This document shows positions 38,429 to 49,490 of a DNA stretch of 64,000 nucleotides, one piece after another; the first letter of the stretch is position 1, and each line of letters begins with the position of its first letter. This stretch comes from Candidatus Latescibacterota bacterium (lineage in GTDB: Bacteria > Latescibacterota > UBA2968 > UBA8231). Below the pieces are notes generated by a model. That model was not told the origin of the DNA. It did no database searches and saw only the letters and a program-made list of their open reading frames with translations. Where the stretch lies: positions 3,936,001 to 4,000,000 of the forward strand of contig CBDETK010000013.1 of NCBI GenBank assembly GCA_965242865.1. The letters are read 5' to 3'. The position numbers and the translations under genes were made by a program.

Positions 38429-41400
38429 ATGAACGCAGACTCACTTATGTCACAAAACCCAATCATCTGGATCAACGAGTTCCTGCACCGCCGAGGCCTG
38501 GATAGCCCGGATGGGCGAGCATTGTACGCCTACCGATGCACAGCTACCGAGTTCGACTCGCTGGCCGAGGTGCTCTCGCATAGCACTCCTGACAGTGCCA
38601 CAAATGGGGAAACTCGCGCATTTGTACTCTACGCGGCGGAGTGGTGGCAGCGACGATACGACGGGCACCATTGGGCTTGGGAACCGTTATTACGTCCATT
38701 AAGTGGCACATCCACTATCCCGATCTCTATGAGCCTGTACGCGTAGCTTTGCGCTGGTGGCAGGTCGATCTTGTGCGTCTGCCGACTTCGATTCGCTATC
38801 TCGGCACATTCGCCTGTCAAGGCGGCCTGCCGTTGGGTCTCGTCGGCGACGCAGACAGCAGGGTTGCACAGTACCTACGCGCTGTTCTTAAACACACCGC
38901 TGAGTATTGGAAGTTCGTTGATGATGCCATCGATCTGGCACGCGACCAGCAGCACCTGCTGCACCCGCCGACGCTACGTAGGGATTATGTGTTCCGCCTA
39001 GCAGCCGACCTAATTGAGGCGGTGCGCGACCTCCAGAACGATGCTCAAGGAGAAGATCCAATCAGCACCCTTGACCGGGTGCGTCCGGGTTGGTGCAAAA
39101 CCATGCCGCTAGCTATCGAGAATGAGCGGGCGCGAGACCTTCTAATCAGCCTGCTTCACGAAGCGGTGCAAGTCAGGCCTCCAGCCGATGACTTCCGCGT
39201 CGAGCGGTTTCTGCGTAGAACCAGTGTCGGATGGCGGCTCGGTGCCCGGATCCGGCTTCCCGCATCCATTTCGGCGAAACATCTCGAACATTACCTAAAC
39301 GTGTCGGAGGGAGACCTGCCATCTAGGCTGCAAGTACGTGTACATGGCGATCGCGTACGCAATGTCGGACTGTACGCTGCCGAGTTAGACAACTTCCTCT
39401 TAGTAGCACGAGACACACAATCCCAAACTGAAATCTGGGATACCGAAGCCGCCGCCGAGATTCGGCTTCAGTTCCTCTCCGGGGATGTGGTTGGCGAAGG
39501 AGTGGTTCCCTACCGAGGCACCTCCTTGGGAGAGTTGCCATGGGCGTTCCGGGGCGATTCCAATGAATGTCCCTTCATTGGCGAAGGCAGTGTCAGCAAC
39601 CGTGCATCGGAGATCGTCGTGTTAGCCCCGACAGATTGTACTACAGACCACGAGAGCGCGTTGGAGTCGTCTTTGGCGGGAGAGAGCGAGGGACTTGAGC
39701 CATTTGGACGAATTCTGTGGAGGATCACTGAATCGACCGCGATTAAAACAGTTCACGGGCGGTGCGTGGTAAGGCCATCTTCGGGGCAAATGGTCGAGGA
39801 AGACTACTGGCTGGAGGGTCAGCGATGCTACGATTTAGAATCTGTTCGGCCGTTGTCGTTGTTCTGCGGCACACCGAGGTTGCGCGTCGCCAAGGCCGAG
39901 CAGGACCCGCGTACCGTACCGACCAATGAGGTCAGTTGGCGGCAAACGGGAGGAGAGTGGCAACAACGTCCCAATACCTCTGGATTGTGGGAAATCCGGC
40001 ATATACGCGGTGGAGAGCTTCGGTATCTTAGCCGCGTTGGCATCCTTCCCGAACAATTCCGCTTGTCGCTCGCTTCCGGTTCGGACATGAGCGAAGGGTA
40101 TTTGATGTTGGACGGAGCGGAAGCTGTAAAGGTTTCGGCTCACAGCCAAGAAACCGTGGTGACGCCGCGAATTGAAGGAAACGGAGTTCGGGTCCACGTG
40201 GCCACCCGAAATGCGGCTACCCCGCCCGCGCACATGCACCTTCGCTTGCATTGGCAGGGGGCCGCGGGACTGGTCGTGCAGGTGCCCTTCCCTGGACACG
40301 GGGGGCACTTCCTGCGGGACGACAAGCCCTTGGACCGGGAACTTGTCGTTGATGATCTCTACGGGGTGCGGGCGATCGCACTGTCGCCGAATGACTCTCG
40401 GAAATTCTGGATCCGAGGTGAACTCAAGGCACTGGATCCGGATCTGGGTAGTAGTCTGCTTCTCGTCGCGCACTTCCGTCTTCCGCTGCGTAAGTCTGGC
40501 GTGACACATGAACTTCCGCTTATTGATTTGCGCTCCATGGTTCAACTGCTACTCTCTTCATCGTCGTCCGGCGAGGCGAGCGTTGCCCTGCGTATCGTGG
40601 ACGAGTTCCAGCATGAGTACGATGCCGTTCGAGTCAACCGATTTGCAGACACGCTTGAATATGACCCTAGCATGACCTTCGTCACTGCGCCGCTGACATC
40701 GAATGGCGATGAACCTGTGACCTTTGAAGCCGTGCCACTCGCTCGGCCAGATGCCGATCCTGTGTCTCTCGATGTCGTCAGTCCGGCCAATGCCCCGCAC
40801 GGTGCCGCATTGCCGCAAGACCTGAACATCAATGAACCTTGGTTAGTAGTAGCGCACCACGACGACCAGGTGCGTGTCCGGCCCGTTGTCATTGGTGGCA
40901 GGTCAGGCGAATCAGTTAGTTCGTCAACAGGGGACGCGGAGGTTTCCCGTTTATGCGAAGCCGTGAGCCTGCGCGATTACGATTCGCGGATACGATCCAT
41001 TGCCGCAGCAATGGACGCCATGTTGGACCCGGAAAATGCACACCGCGTTGAAGAAGAATGGGGCTTCCTAAATTATTCGTTGCTGCGTACCGAGGGGCTT
41101 CCAGCAACATCGCTCGACCTTCTCAAGGTTCTGGTGAAGAAACCGAGTCTCCTAGTTCGTTGCATGTTCCGGCTCGAAAGCGCACCTCGACAATTGCTCT
41201 GGCGACTGGAAGACGAACTGCCGTTTAGTTGGCTTCTGATCCAGCGTCAGGTCTGGTGGACCGAGGCTAGGCAGGCGTTCGAGCGACTCCGCGGTCAGAT
41301 GGCCGACATGCCGGACAGCAATCAAATCGCTAGCGATTATGTAAATTCGATTCTCACCGAAGGTGTCAAAGGTATCCGTCAGCTTCAGGGTTTATATACC

Positions 41401-41808
41401 GTGAAGTGTGACATCGGCTTTCGGTTAAATGGGGGCAGAATCCCCGGTCCGATTGTTGAGGAGGCTCGTAAGAAGCGGGACGCCAAGACCCAAGAGCAAC
41501 TCAATCTGCGATACAGCATGGAAGACTGGCCGCCAGGAGACGGGCGTAGCGAGTGGGCGGAAGAGCTTGAGCAAGGTGAGCTACTCAACAACCTCGCCAT
41601 CTGGCAACGCGAAGGCGACTCCCGAGAACGCCAACCCATTTTCGACACTCCTGTTGCCGCCGCATGGTGCTGTTTTCACTCCAAACCCACCGACCGCACG
41701 ACATTTCTCGTCAAACGCATTCGTACGCACGACCCTGAGTGGTTTGATTTAGCGTATGAAGCCGCTTGGTTCCAGCTAGCACTCAGACAGGACGAATCCA
41801 ACCGATGA
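38429..41808 (+). pseudogene. druH: DruH-like (STY4851/ECs_5259 family) protein split by a 1-nt frameshift near 38690
   Basis: PDGRALYAYRCT..FVLYAAEWW..WAWEP continues in another frame as TSIKWH..YLGTFACQGGLP; ATGA-coupled to the helicase. Confidence 0.72.
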
Positions 41809-44800
41809 CCGAAACCATCAGCATCTCGAACCTCATTCAGGACCTCTCTACTCGCTCGGGCCGTGCCATCCTCTCGCAACTTGGCCTGCGCTCCCCGGCG
41901 TTACGCAAGTATCTCGCGAGTCTGTACGCACAGGAGCCCGGCGAGCCCGGTGCCTTGCTGGCCGACCCCATGCTGGAAGCGGCATTCGGGTGGAAAGTTG
42001 CCGATGTGGACATGCAGGGGCTCGTCAGAAGCGGCCTGCTTCGACAAGATCTGGTGTCGGCAATGAGCAAACCCAGACGAGAGTACCGGGAGTACGCATT
42101 TCCCTGCCGCCGCCATCCCTTCCGACATCAGCTCGACTGCTGGAAACTCCTCCTCAAAGATGTGCCCCATTCGGTGTTGGTTGCCAGCGGCACGGGATCC
42201 GGGAAGACCGAGTGCTTCCTAGTGCCGATTCTCGAGGACTTGGCCCGAGAACGCGCCACGGCTGGTGCCCTGACAGGTGCGCGGGCACTGTTCCTCTACC
42301 CGTTGAACGCCCTCATCAATAGCCAGCGTGACCGGCTTCGCGCTTGGTGCAACGGCTTCGACAACGACATTCGCTTCTGCCTCTACAACGGCGAGACACC
42401 GGAGACGGCACCGGCCCACGAGCAGATGCGAGCCGGAGCGGAGCAGATTTCAAGGCAGGCTCTCCGCGATGCCGCAGCACCAGTGCTCGTCACCAACTCG
42501 ACGATGCTGGAGTACATGCTCGTCCGCACTGAAGATCAACCGATTCTCGAACGGTCCCGCGGTAAGCTGCGCTGGATCGTTCTCGACGAGGCCCATACTT
42601 ACATTGGCTCCCAAGCCGCTGAGATGGCATTGCTGCTCCGGCGGGTCCTGCACCGCTTTGAAGTGGACTCGGCGAGTGTGCGCTTCGTCGCCACGTCGGC
42701 GACGATTGGCGATGCTGAAGCCAAGGAGGACTTGCAGTGCTTTCTAGCCGATATATCCGGTGCTCCCGCGGACCGCGTCCATGTCGTAACCGGAGATCAC
42801 TTCGTGCCGTCGTTGCCGCCGCTGGGTCCGAGCCAGACCGAGGAGACTCTTGACGGTCTGCCTGCCGGTCCGTTGTACGATGCCCTTTGTCACGATCCTG
42901 CTGCGAGGTCGATCCGCGCCCGTATGGCCAAGGAACCCGTCTCGCTCGGGGCACTACAGGAGGAATCTGGTCTCGATTTCGAGACAGTGACCGCACTGCT
43001 TGAAAAGGCTTCAACGGCTCGGCGTGAGGACGAAGCATTCCTACCCTTGCGCGTCCACCTTTTTCACCGGGCACAGCACGGTCTGTGGGCGTGTGTCAAT
43101 GCCTCATGCAACGGCCGAGACGCGGCTCTTGGCGATGGTTGGGCCTTCGGTGCCCTGTTCCCACAGCGTCGCACCCACTGCGAACACTGCTGCTATCCCG
43201 TCTTCGAGTTGGTGGTGTGCGTGGAGTGTGGTCAGGACTATCTGTCTGCTGAGGAGAAGATCTCAGGCGAGACAGGGGAGCAGAAACTGACGCCCTACAT
43301 TGAGGAAGTGGGAGTCGACGAGTTTCAACTCGAAATTGATCCCGGTGAAGATGACGAAGAGGAGCCTTCTACTCTGTCGGTCATTCGCAGGCTGATCTGC
43401 GGGCCTAGCTTTGATGAGGAGCAGATCGAAGAGTGGCATCTGAACCAAGATCAAACCCTCTCTAAGGATAGCGACGGAGTCCCGCTCCGTCTTTCGCCGA
43501 TCGAGACCGGCCCGATGACCTGCCCCCGCTGCGGCGGGAGGGACAATCGACGCCGGCTGTTCCGGGAACTCCGCATCGGCGCACCCTTCGCGCTATCGAC
43601 CATAGTGCCGACAGCCTTGGAGTACACGCCGCCGATGCGTTCGGGAGCCAAGCTCCCGAGCCAAGGCAGGCGGCTCCTAGGCTTCAGCGACTCGCGGCAA
43701 GGCTCCGCACGTCTAGCGGTGAGGCTTCAGCAGGAGGCGGAACGGAACCGGGTTCGCAGCGTACTTTATCACGCATTGGCCGCTGAACGGAAAACTATAG
43801 ACACCAGCGAGTTAGAGCGTCAGATAGCCGAACTCCAAAGAGTTGATAGTCCAGCCTTGCGTCCAATTCTCGAACAAAAGAAAGCCGAGTTGGCCCAAGC
43901 ACGTGCAGCGAGCAGCACCGGAACGCTGGCTTGGGGAGATGCCGTAAAGCGTCTCATTGGCGATGCTAGTCTGCGCCGAATGCACCAGTACTTCCAGGAG
44001 ACGAGCTACATCAAGCCCACGCTCGAAGAGTTCGCCAACTTCTGCCTGTACCGGGAGTTTTTTCGTCGGCCGAAGCGCATGAACTCCGCCGAGACGATGG
44101 GACTGATCTCGCTTCGATACCCCGCTCTGGAGGGCAAGACAGCACCGTCCGGTTGGCCGCTCCAGCCTGAAGATTGGTCCGTATTTCTGAAACTAGTTCT
44201 CGACTTCTTCATGCGCGATGTCAGTGCTGTTGACGTGGAGGATGGATACCTGCGTTGGATGGGGATACCCGTTCAGAAACGGTACGTTCAAGGCCCAGGC
44301 TTCGATAGAGAGTTGACGCAGAGGCAACGACTCTGGCCGTCAATGCGGTCAGGAAGGAGACCATCCCGGATGCCTCGTCTACTTCGACAAGCGGCTGGAC
44401 TAGACGACTCACCATCTAGCAAAGACAGAATCAACGAAGTGCTCGAACATGCTTGGACAGCATTGCGCCCATATTTGCAACCGGTCGGGGATGGCTATCT
44501 GCTCAAGCTCCGCGAAATCGCGGGGTTGAGCGAACTCTCGTCCGGCGAGATTTGTCCTTACACCGCACGGGTGCTGGACGCGACCCTGAACGGCTTGTCG
44601 CCCTACCTACCAGAGCGCGGAGAACCGGAGTATTGCCAACAGTTTAAGCCGCCCCGAGTCCCCAAGGCGTACTGGCGGGACTCGTCCGGCCGCGAGGCCG
44701 ACCGCGAGGAAATCGCCGAGTGGCTAGAAACCGACCCTCAGGTGCAGCAAGTGCGCGACCTCGGTGTCTGGTCCAATCTCAACGACCGAATAGTCGCCAA

Positions 44801-47800
44801 CACGCAGTACTTTGAAGCCGCCGAACACTCGGCTCAGCTCGACGGAGACCGTTTGCGCGGACTTGAACAACGCTTTAAGGATGGCGACCTGAATGTGCTC
44901 AGTTGCTCGACTACTATGGAAATGGGCGTCGATATCGGTGGGCTCTCGGCGGTGATCATGAATAACGCGCCGCCGAGCTCCACCAACTATCTACAGCGCG
45001 CCGGCCGGGCCGGGCGCCGAGGCGAGGGTGTATCGTTCGCGGTCACACTCTGTCCGAGCTCTCCACACGGTGAACAGGTATTCAACAATCCGCTATGGCC
45101 CTTTACGTCAAAGCCGGGCATTCCCCGCGTTGCCCTCGACAGTGAGCGCTTGGTACAAAGGCACGTCAACTCACTGTGCCTTGGTGCATTCCTCAATGGG
45201 CGAGATGTCCGTAGGCTCAAGACGGGCTGGTTTTTCCAGCACGATGAGTCTTCGGGGTCGGTCCCCGGCTGGCAGTTCGTCGAATGGTGCCGCACCGAAG
45301 CAGAGACCGACAGACGCCTCGTGCAGGGTCTGAGACAGCTAATTCAGGGCACCGCGTTGGCGACTGCTGAGACGACACAGTTATTGAACGCCAGCTCAAT
45401 CGCCTTGGCTCAAGCATTGACTGCATGGCAGGGCGAAGTTAAGGCCCTACGTAAAGACGCGGCCCAGTTCGAGGATGGGTCTCCGGCAGTCCTTGCGATA
45501 AAGCACCAACTCCGGCGATTGGAGGGAGAACACCTGCTGCGGGAACTTGCGAATCGGCAATTCCTGCCGGGCTACGGGTTCCCAATCGGAGTCGTCAGTT
45601 TTGTACCTATCACGATAGAGGCGTTGAAGCGAAGGCAATCAAACCGCGAGGACCGGGAAGAAGCGTTCGGCAAGCGGTTGGGATATCCCTCTCGGCAGAT
45701 GGAGATGGCGATCCGAGAGTACGCGCCCGGTGCGGAAGTCGTCATGGATGGCCGCGTGTACGAGTCCAGCGGCGTGACGCTTAATTGGCACATCCCGCCA
45801 AGCGTAGAGAGCGTCAACGAAGTGCAGGCACTTCGCCACGTCTGGCACTGCCGCGAGTGTGGAACCACCGGCGATAACCACTCGCCACCTGATCGGTGTC
45901 CGCAGTGCGATGGCGCGGTGACGCCGAGAAAGTACCTTGAGCCGGCCGGATTCGCAGTCGATATCCGCCATTCGCCTCACAACAATGTCGTCACTCCAAC
46001 CTACATTCCAGTGGAGTCGCCTTGGATTAGCTGCCCAACTCCTGAGTGGACTCCGTTGGCCGACCCGCACATCGGGCGCTTCCGGTACACTGACTCCGGT
46101 CACTTGTTTCATGGCAGTGGAGGAGTGGGCCACCATGGGTACGCTGTCTGCCTGCGTTGCGGTCGCGCCGCGTCTGAAGTTGGCCCGCCTTCGGAAACCG
46201 TGCTGCCCGAAGTGTTCCGAGACGGGCACTCGCGTTTGCGTGGAGGTAAGAACCTGGATGGCAGTAGCCAATGCGATGGCACCGGGTTTACCATCCAGCG
46301 TGGACTCTGGCTGGGAGGTAGCCGCATCACCGATGTCTTCGAGTTGCAACTTGCTGGGCTGAACGAGGAAGCGACAGCCTTATCGCTTGGCATTGCCTTG
46401 CGACGCGCCTTTTGCCGCCATCTTGGGATTGAGGAGGAGGAAGTCGGGGTCACTATACGCCAAAGCAAGTCTGCCGACAGCGCGATTCAGCAATCCATCT
46501 TCCTCTACGACGCAGCCACGGGTGGTAATGGCTATGTAGCGGCGTTGCGCGATCATATCGCCCTAGCGTTGCAGAAGTCGGTCGCAGTCCTCAACTGCGT
46601 AAAGAAATGTGATGCCGCCTGCCATGGCTGTCTGCTCACTTTCGACACTCAGTATGACTCGGCCAAGCTTGATCGGCACAAAGCCCAGGAGTTTCTGACC
46701 TCAGAGTGCCTCAATGGTCTTAGTCTCAATGAACGTGACCGCTTGCTCGGACCTGACTCCCGTGTGCTGACGCGCCCGTTGTTTCGCCATCTTCTCGAGG
46801 TCGCAGGCGAAACTGATGTGGAAGAAATTCGACTGTGGATGGGTGGTGCGCCGGATTCTTGGGATGTAGAGGACTTCCCTCTCTATCGAGATGTCCTGCG
46901 ATGGGGAGACGACCATCGTCAAGTTCGTCTCATCATCGCCCCAGCCACTTGGAATGGACTCAGTGAGGGGAACCGTCACTCGCTGGCCGCTCTGGTCACA
47001 GCAGGGAGAGGCTGCATTGAAGTGCATCACACGCCCGCGCCAACGGCCCATTTGGCCAGCGGCCAAGTGATTGCTACTGCCGGAGGAACCCGCAGACACG
47101 TTGCGTGGGCAACATCCAATGAAAACACGATGCCTATGAACGAAACATGGGGGCAGTCACCAGGGGATGCACAGACCGTCTTCGCACGGATTGCGGGTCC
47201 ATTGCCGCCGCTTCAAACTGATGCCGTCTCCATCAACCAATTGCGCCCACAGCCTGATAGTACCGTGGAAAATTTGCCTATCCAAAAGGAACTTGACGGA
47301 CCAACCAAAGGCTTTGGCTCTCGGTTCTGGACCCATATTCACAATCATTGCAGCCCGCTGAAGGAGCAATTCGGTGGGGGTCTGTTGACTCGTGTGAGCT
47401 ATTGCGACCGATATCTGGCCACGCCTTGGGGCGTACTGCTATTACGCGAGGTGCTACTTCGCTTGGTTCGAGAAGGGTGGGCAGATTCTAGGACAGCACT
47501 GAGGCTATTCACTAGGAAATTGCAGCGAGACCTACGCCCGAGGCGTGACGGACAGTCGATCAGCGGCCAATGGCAAAATGATGCTGACCGGAAGTTGTTC
47601 TTTGAGCAATCAATCAATACAGGCCGGGGCCGGTTGGGTTGGAATGGGCCATTCACGTTCAAGACGGGCGATGCGCCTCACTTCCGCGAGCTTCGACTCG
47701 AATGGGAGACGGGCGATATCTGGACGCTGAAGTTGGATCAGGGCTTGGGATACTGGAGATGCCGCCCATCTACAGACTTTCCTTTTGAAGAGCAGCCACA

Positions 47801-47903
47801 CGAGCAAGTGCATTCCCTGAACAAAATCGTCGAGACTCGGAAGGTCGTCGCCCAAGGCAACCACCCGACATACGTTTACATCACCAAGGAGCCATCCGAA
47901 TAG
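41805..47903 (+). CDS. druE: Large DEAH helicase with DUF1998 domain (DruE-like, Druantia type III)
   Basis: GTGSGKT, YPLNALINSQ, VLDEAH, TSAT, FSDSRQ, QRAGRAGR, LYDAATGGNGY..C..CDAACHGC; about 2030 aa. Confidence 0.85.
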   Translation: MTETISISNLIQDLSTRSGRAILSQLGLRSPALRKYLASLYAQEPGEPGALLADPMLEAAFGWKVADVDMQGLVRSGLLRQDLVSAMSKPRREYREYAFPCRRHPFRHQLDCWKLLLKDVPHSVLVASGTGSGKTECFLVPILEDLARERATAGALTGARALFLYPLNALINSQRDRLRAWCNGFDNDIRFCLYNGETPETAPAHEQMRAGAEQISRQALRDAAAPVLVTNSTMLEYMLVRTEDQPILERSRGKLRWIVLDEAHTYIGSQAAEMALLLRRVLHRFEVDSASVRFVATSATIGDAEAKEDLQCFLADISGAPADRVHVVTGDHFVPSLPPLGPSQTEETLDGLPAGPLYDALCHDPAARSIRARMAKEPVSLGALQEESGLDFETVTALLEKASTARREDEAFLPLRVHLFHRAQHGLWACVNASCNGRDAALGDGWAFGALFPQRRTHCEHCCYPVFELVVCVECGQDYLSAEEKISGETGEQKLTPYIEEVGVDEFQLEIDPGEDDEEEPSTLSVIRRLICGPSFDEEQIEEWHLNQDQTLSKDSDGVPLRLSPIETGPMTCPRCGGRDNRRRLFRELRIGAPFALSTIVPTALEYTPPMRSGAKLPSQGRRLLGFSDSRQGSARLAVRLQQEAERNRVRSVLYHALAAERKTIDTSELERQIAELQRVDSPALRPILEQKKAELAQARAASSTGTLAWGDAVKRLIGDASLRRMHQYFQETSYIKPTLEEFANFCLYREFFRRPKRMNSAETMGLISLRYPALEGKTAPSGWPLQPEDWSVFLKLVLDFFMRDVSAVDVEDGYLRWMGIPVQKRYVQGPGFDRELTQRQRLWPSMRSGRRPSRMPRLLRQAAGLDDSPSSKDRINEVLEHAWTALRPYLQPVGDGYLLKLREIAGLSELSSGEICPYTARVLDATLNGLSPYLPERGEPEYCQQFKPPRVPKAYWRDSSGREADREEIAEWLETDPQVQQVRDLGVWSNLNDRIVANTQYFEAAEHSAQLDGDRLRGLEQRFKDGDLNVLSCSTTMEMGVDIGGLSAVIMNNAPPSSTNYLQRAGRAGRRGEGVSFAVTLCPSSPHGEQVFNNPLWPFTSKPGIPRVALDSERLVQRHVNSLCLGAFLNGRDVRRLKTGWFFQHDESSGSVPGWQFVEWCRTEAETDRRLVQGLRQLIQGTALATAETTQLLNASSIALAQALTAWQGEVKALRKDAAQFEDGSPAVLAIKHQLRRLEGEHLLRELANRQFLPGYGFPIGVVSFVPITIEALKRRQSNREDREEAFGKRLGYPSRQMEMAIREYAPGAEVVMDGRVYESSGVTLNWHIPPSVESVNEVQALRHVWHCRECGTTGDNHSPPDRCPQCDGAVTPRKYLEPAGFAVDIRHSPHNNVVTPTYIPVESPWISCPTPEWTPLADPHIGRFRYTDSGHLFHGSGGVGHHGYAVCLRCGRAASEVGPPSETVLPEVFRDGHSRLRGGKNLDGSSQCDGTGFTIQRGLWLGGSRITDVFELQLAGLNEEATALSLGIALRRAFCRHLGIEEEEVGVTIRQSKSADSAIQQSIFLYDAATGGNGYVAALRDHIALALQKSVAVLNCVKKCDAACHGCLLTFDTQYDSAKLDRHKAQEFLTSECLNGLSLNERDRLLGPDSRVLTRPLFRHLLEVAGETDVEEIRLWMGGAPDSWDVEDFPLYRDVLRWGDDHRQVRLIIAPATWNGLSEGNRHSLAALVTAGRGCIEVHHTPAPTAHLASGQVIATAGGTRRHVAWATSNENTMPMNETWGQSPGDAQTVFARIAGPLPPLQTDAVSINQLRPQPDSTVENLPIQKELDGPTKGFGSRFWTHIHNHCSPLKEQFGGGLLTRVSYCDRYLATPWGVLLLREVLLRLVREGWADSRTALRLFTRKLQRDLRPRRDGQSISGQWQNDADRKLFFEQSINTGRGRLGWNGPFTFKTGDAPHFRELRLEWETGDIWTLKLDQGLGYWRCRPSTDFPFEEQPHEQVHSLNKIVETRKVVAQGNHPTYVYITKEPSE

Positions 47904-48061
47904 TCTTCGACGATGAAGCGGGCGCGGGTTGAGTTATGTTGTGGACATCCATAACAACGTATGGATTTTTACTAGAAGCTCTAATTTATGAGGCGATCCC
48001 AGACTCACCTAGCTGGTCGTAAACTCACTTAGTTGCTGCAAACCAAAACAAAGGCATTGAG

Positions 48062-48325
48062 TTGGCGGCCTGCCCGCCTGACCACGTACTCGTCGAGCCG
48101 CTGGTCGTTCAACCCAGCGCGACCGAAGCCCAGTTCGCCTTTGGGATTCCGACCCTCTCCTACGACCACATTAAGGGCCGACTGGCGACGGACGCGCCGA
48201 CCCAGCTCTTCGGCCACGAGTTTTGCGCCCGCATCTTAGAGGTCGGATCGGCTGTCGCGGGGTACGCACCCGGCGATCTCGTAGCGGCTCGCGCCAAGCT
48301 GCCCTGCGGCGACTGCCTCCGGGAG
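48062..48325 (+). pseudogene. Fragment of a zinc-dependent alcohol dehydrogenase (GroES-like domain)
   Basis: LFGHEFCARILEVGSAV..PGDLV..PCGDC then truncated; no NAD-binding domain. Confidence 0.7.
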
Positions 48326-48338
48326 GTTTTGTTATGGA

Positions 48339-48575
48339 ATGAAAACTAGTGCCCGTTACGCCAAAATTGTAGCATGGTCTGATGAAGATCAGTGCTACGT
48401 TGGCCGTTGTCCCGGTCTCTTTTACGGTGGGTGCCACAGCGATGATGAACAAGCGGTGTTCTCAGCATTGTGTCGCATCGTCGAGGAGACCATTGAACTA
48501 TACAAGCGAGACGGCAGGCCGCTGCCTTCACCGGCTGCTAAAAGGGACTATGCCGACGAGATGTTGTCGGTATAA
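48339..48575 (+). CDS. hicB: HicB-like antitoxin without a visible hicA
   Basis: IVAWSDEDQCYVGRCPGL..GCH..GRPLP. Confidence 0.78.
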   Translation: MKTSARYAKIVAWSDEDQCYVGRCPGLFYGGCHSDDEQAVFSALCRIVEETIELYKRDGRPLPSPAAKRDYADEMLSV

Positions 48576-48583
48576 TCCGGCCT

Positions 48584-49438
48584 CTAGGGCATGTCTGGAT
48601 AATTCAACGGCATCCCCGTCTTGCCCAGCTCGTAGTGCGCTAGGTGCCAACGCCCCAAGTTGGCACTGAGAAAAAGCGACCGATCCGCGCCGCAGAAGGC
48701 GATATTGGTCGGGGCCGCCATGGCCGTGCCCTCGTAATCGTCGGCCAAAACGTCGAGTTGGCCATCGGCATACCGATAGATGCGGTCCGGGCGGTAGCAG
48801 GAGCAGTAGAGGGTGCCCTCGTCGTCAAAGGCGAGGCCATCGGGGACGGTCTGCGGGAGGTCGAACACGGTTTCGGCCGCACCAGCGCGACCATCGGCCT
48901 CGATTCTGATGCGGGCCACGCGGGGTTGGATGCTCATGGCCACGTAGAGATATTCGCCGGCTGCATCGAGTGCCGTGCCGTTGGGGAATTCTGGTAGGGC
49001 GCGGCTCCATACCTCGCCGACACCGCCCGGAGCGATCTTGCAAATCCAACCGTCGTTTTTGTGCCAGCCGCCAGAATTGGACACATAGAGATTGCCAGCC
49101 GCGTCAAAAACCGGGTAGTTCGCCCCGGTCAGCGGCACCTCGCCAGCGCGGTCGCAATACGTGCTGACCGCGCCGTCCGGCTCAACGCGCTTGACGCCGC
49201 TGCTACAGACGTACAAGCGGTGCTGGGCATCCTGACAGATGCCGCCGACAAAGCCGCCGACTTGGGCGAACTCCTCAAACTCGCGCCGGGCCAAGTCAAT
49301 GCGGTAGAGCTGGCCCGCTTCGCCGCCGGCATAAGCGTAGCCATCGCAGCCCCAAGCAATGCACTCGGGGTGATCGAGGCCGCTGCCAAAGTCGCCGATA
49401 ATCGCTGAAATTTGGGTGTGGGTATCGAGAAGGGCCAT
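48584..49438 (-). CDS. SMP-30/gluconolactonase family protein
   Basis: LDHPE, FPNG, VPDGLAFD, PTNIAF. Confidence 0.9.
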   Translation of the reverse strand: MALLDTHTQISAIIGDFGSGLDHPECIAWGCDGYAYAGGEAGQLYRIDLARREFEEFAQVGGFVGGICQDAQHRLYVCSSGVKRVEPDGAVSTYCDRAGEVPLTGANYPVFDAAGNLYVSNSGGWHKNDGWICKIAPGGVGEVWSRALPEFPNGTALDAAGEYLYVAMSIQPRVARIRIEADGRAGAAETVFDLPQTVPDGLAFDDEGTLYCSCYRPDRIYRYADGQLDVLADDYEGTAMAAPTNIAFCGADRSLFLSANLGRWHLAHYELGKTGMPLNYPDMP

Positions 49439-49490
49439 AGAAAATCCTTTCAAGTGAAAACTTCCTCATAACGGCTGAAACTCTATAGAA

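Noticed and set aside
38680-38700. Programmed frameshift or phase-variable tract in druH
   Set aside because: No slippery heptamer or homopolymer at the site.
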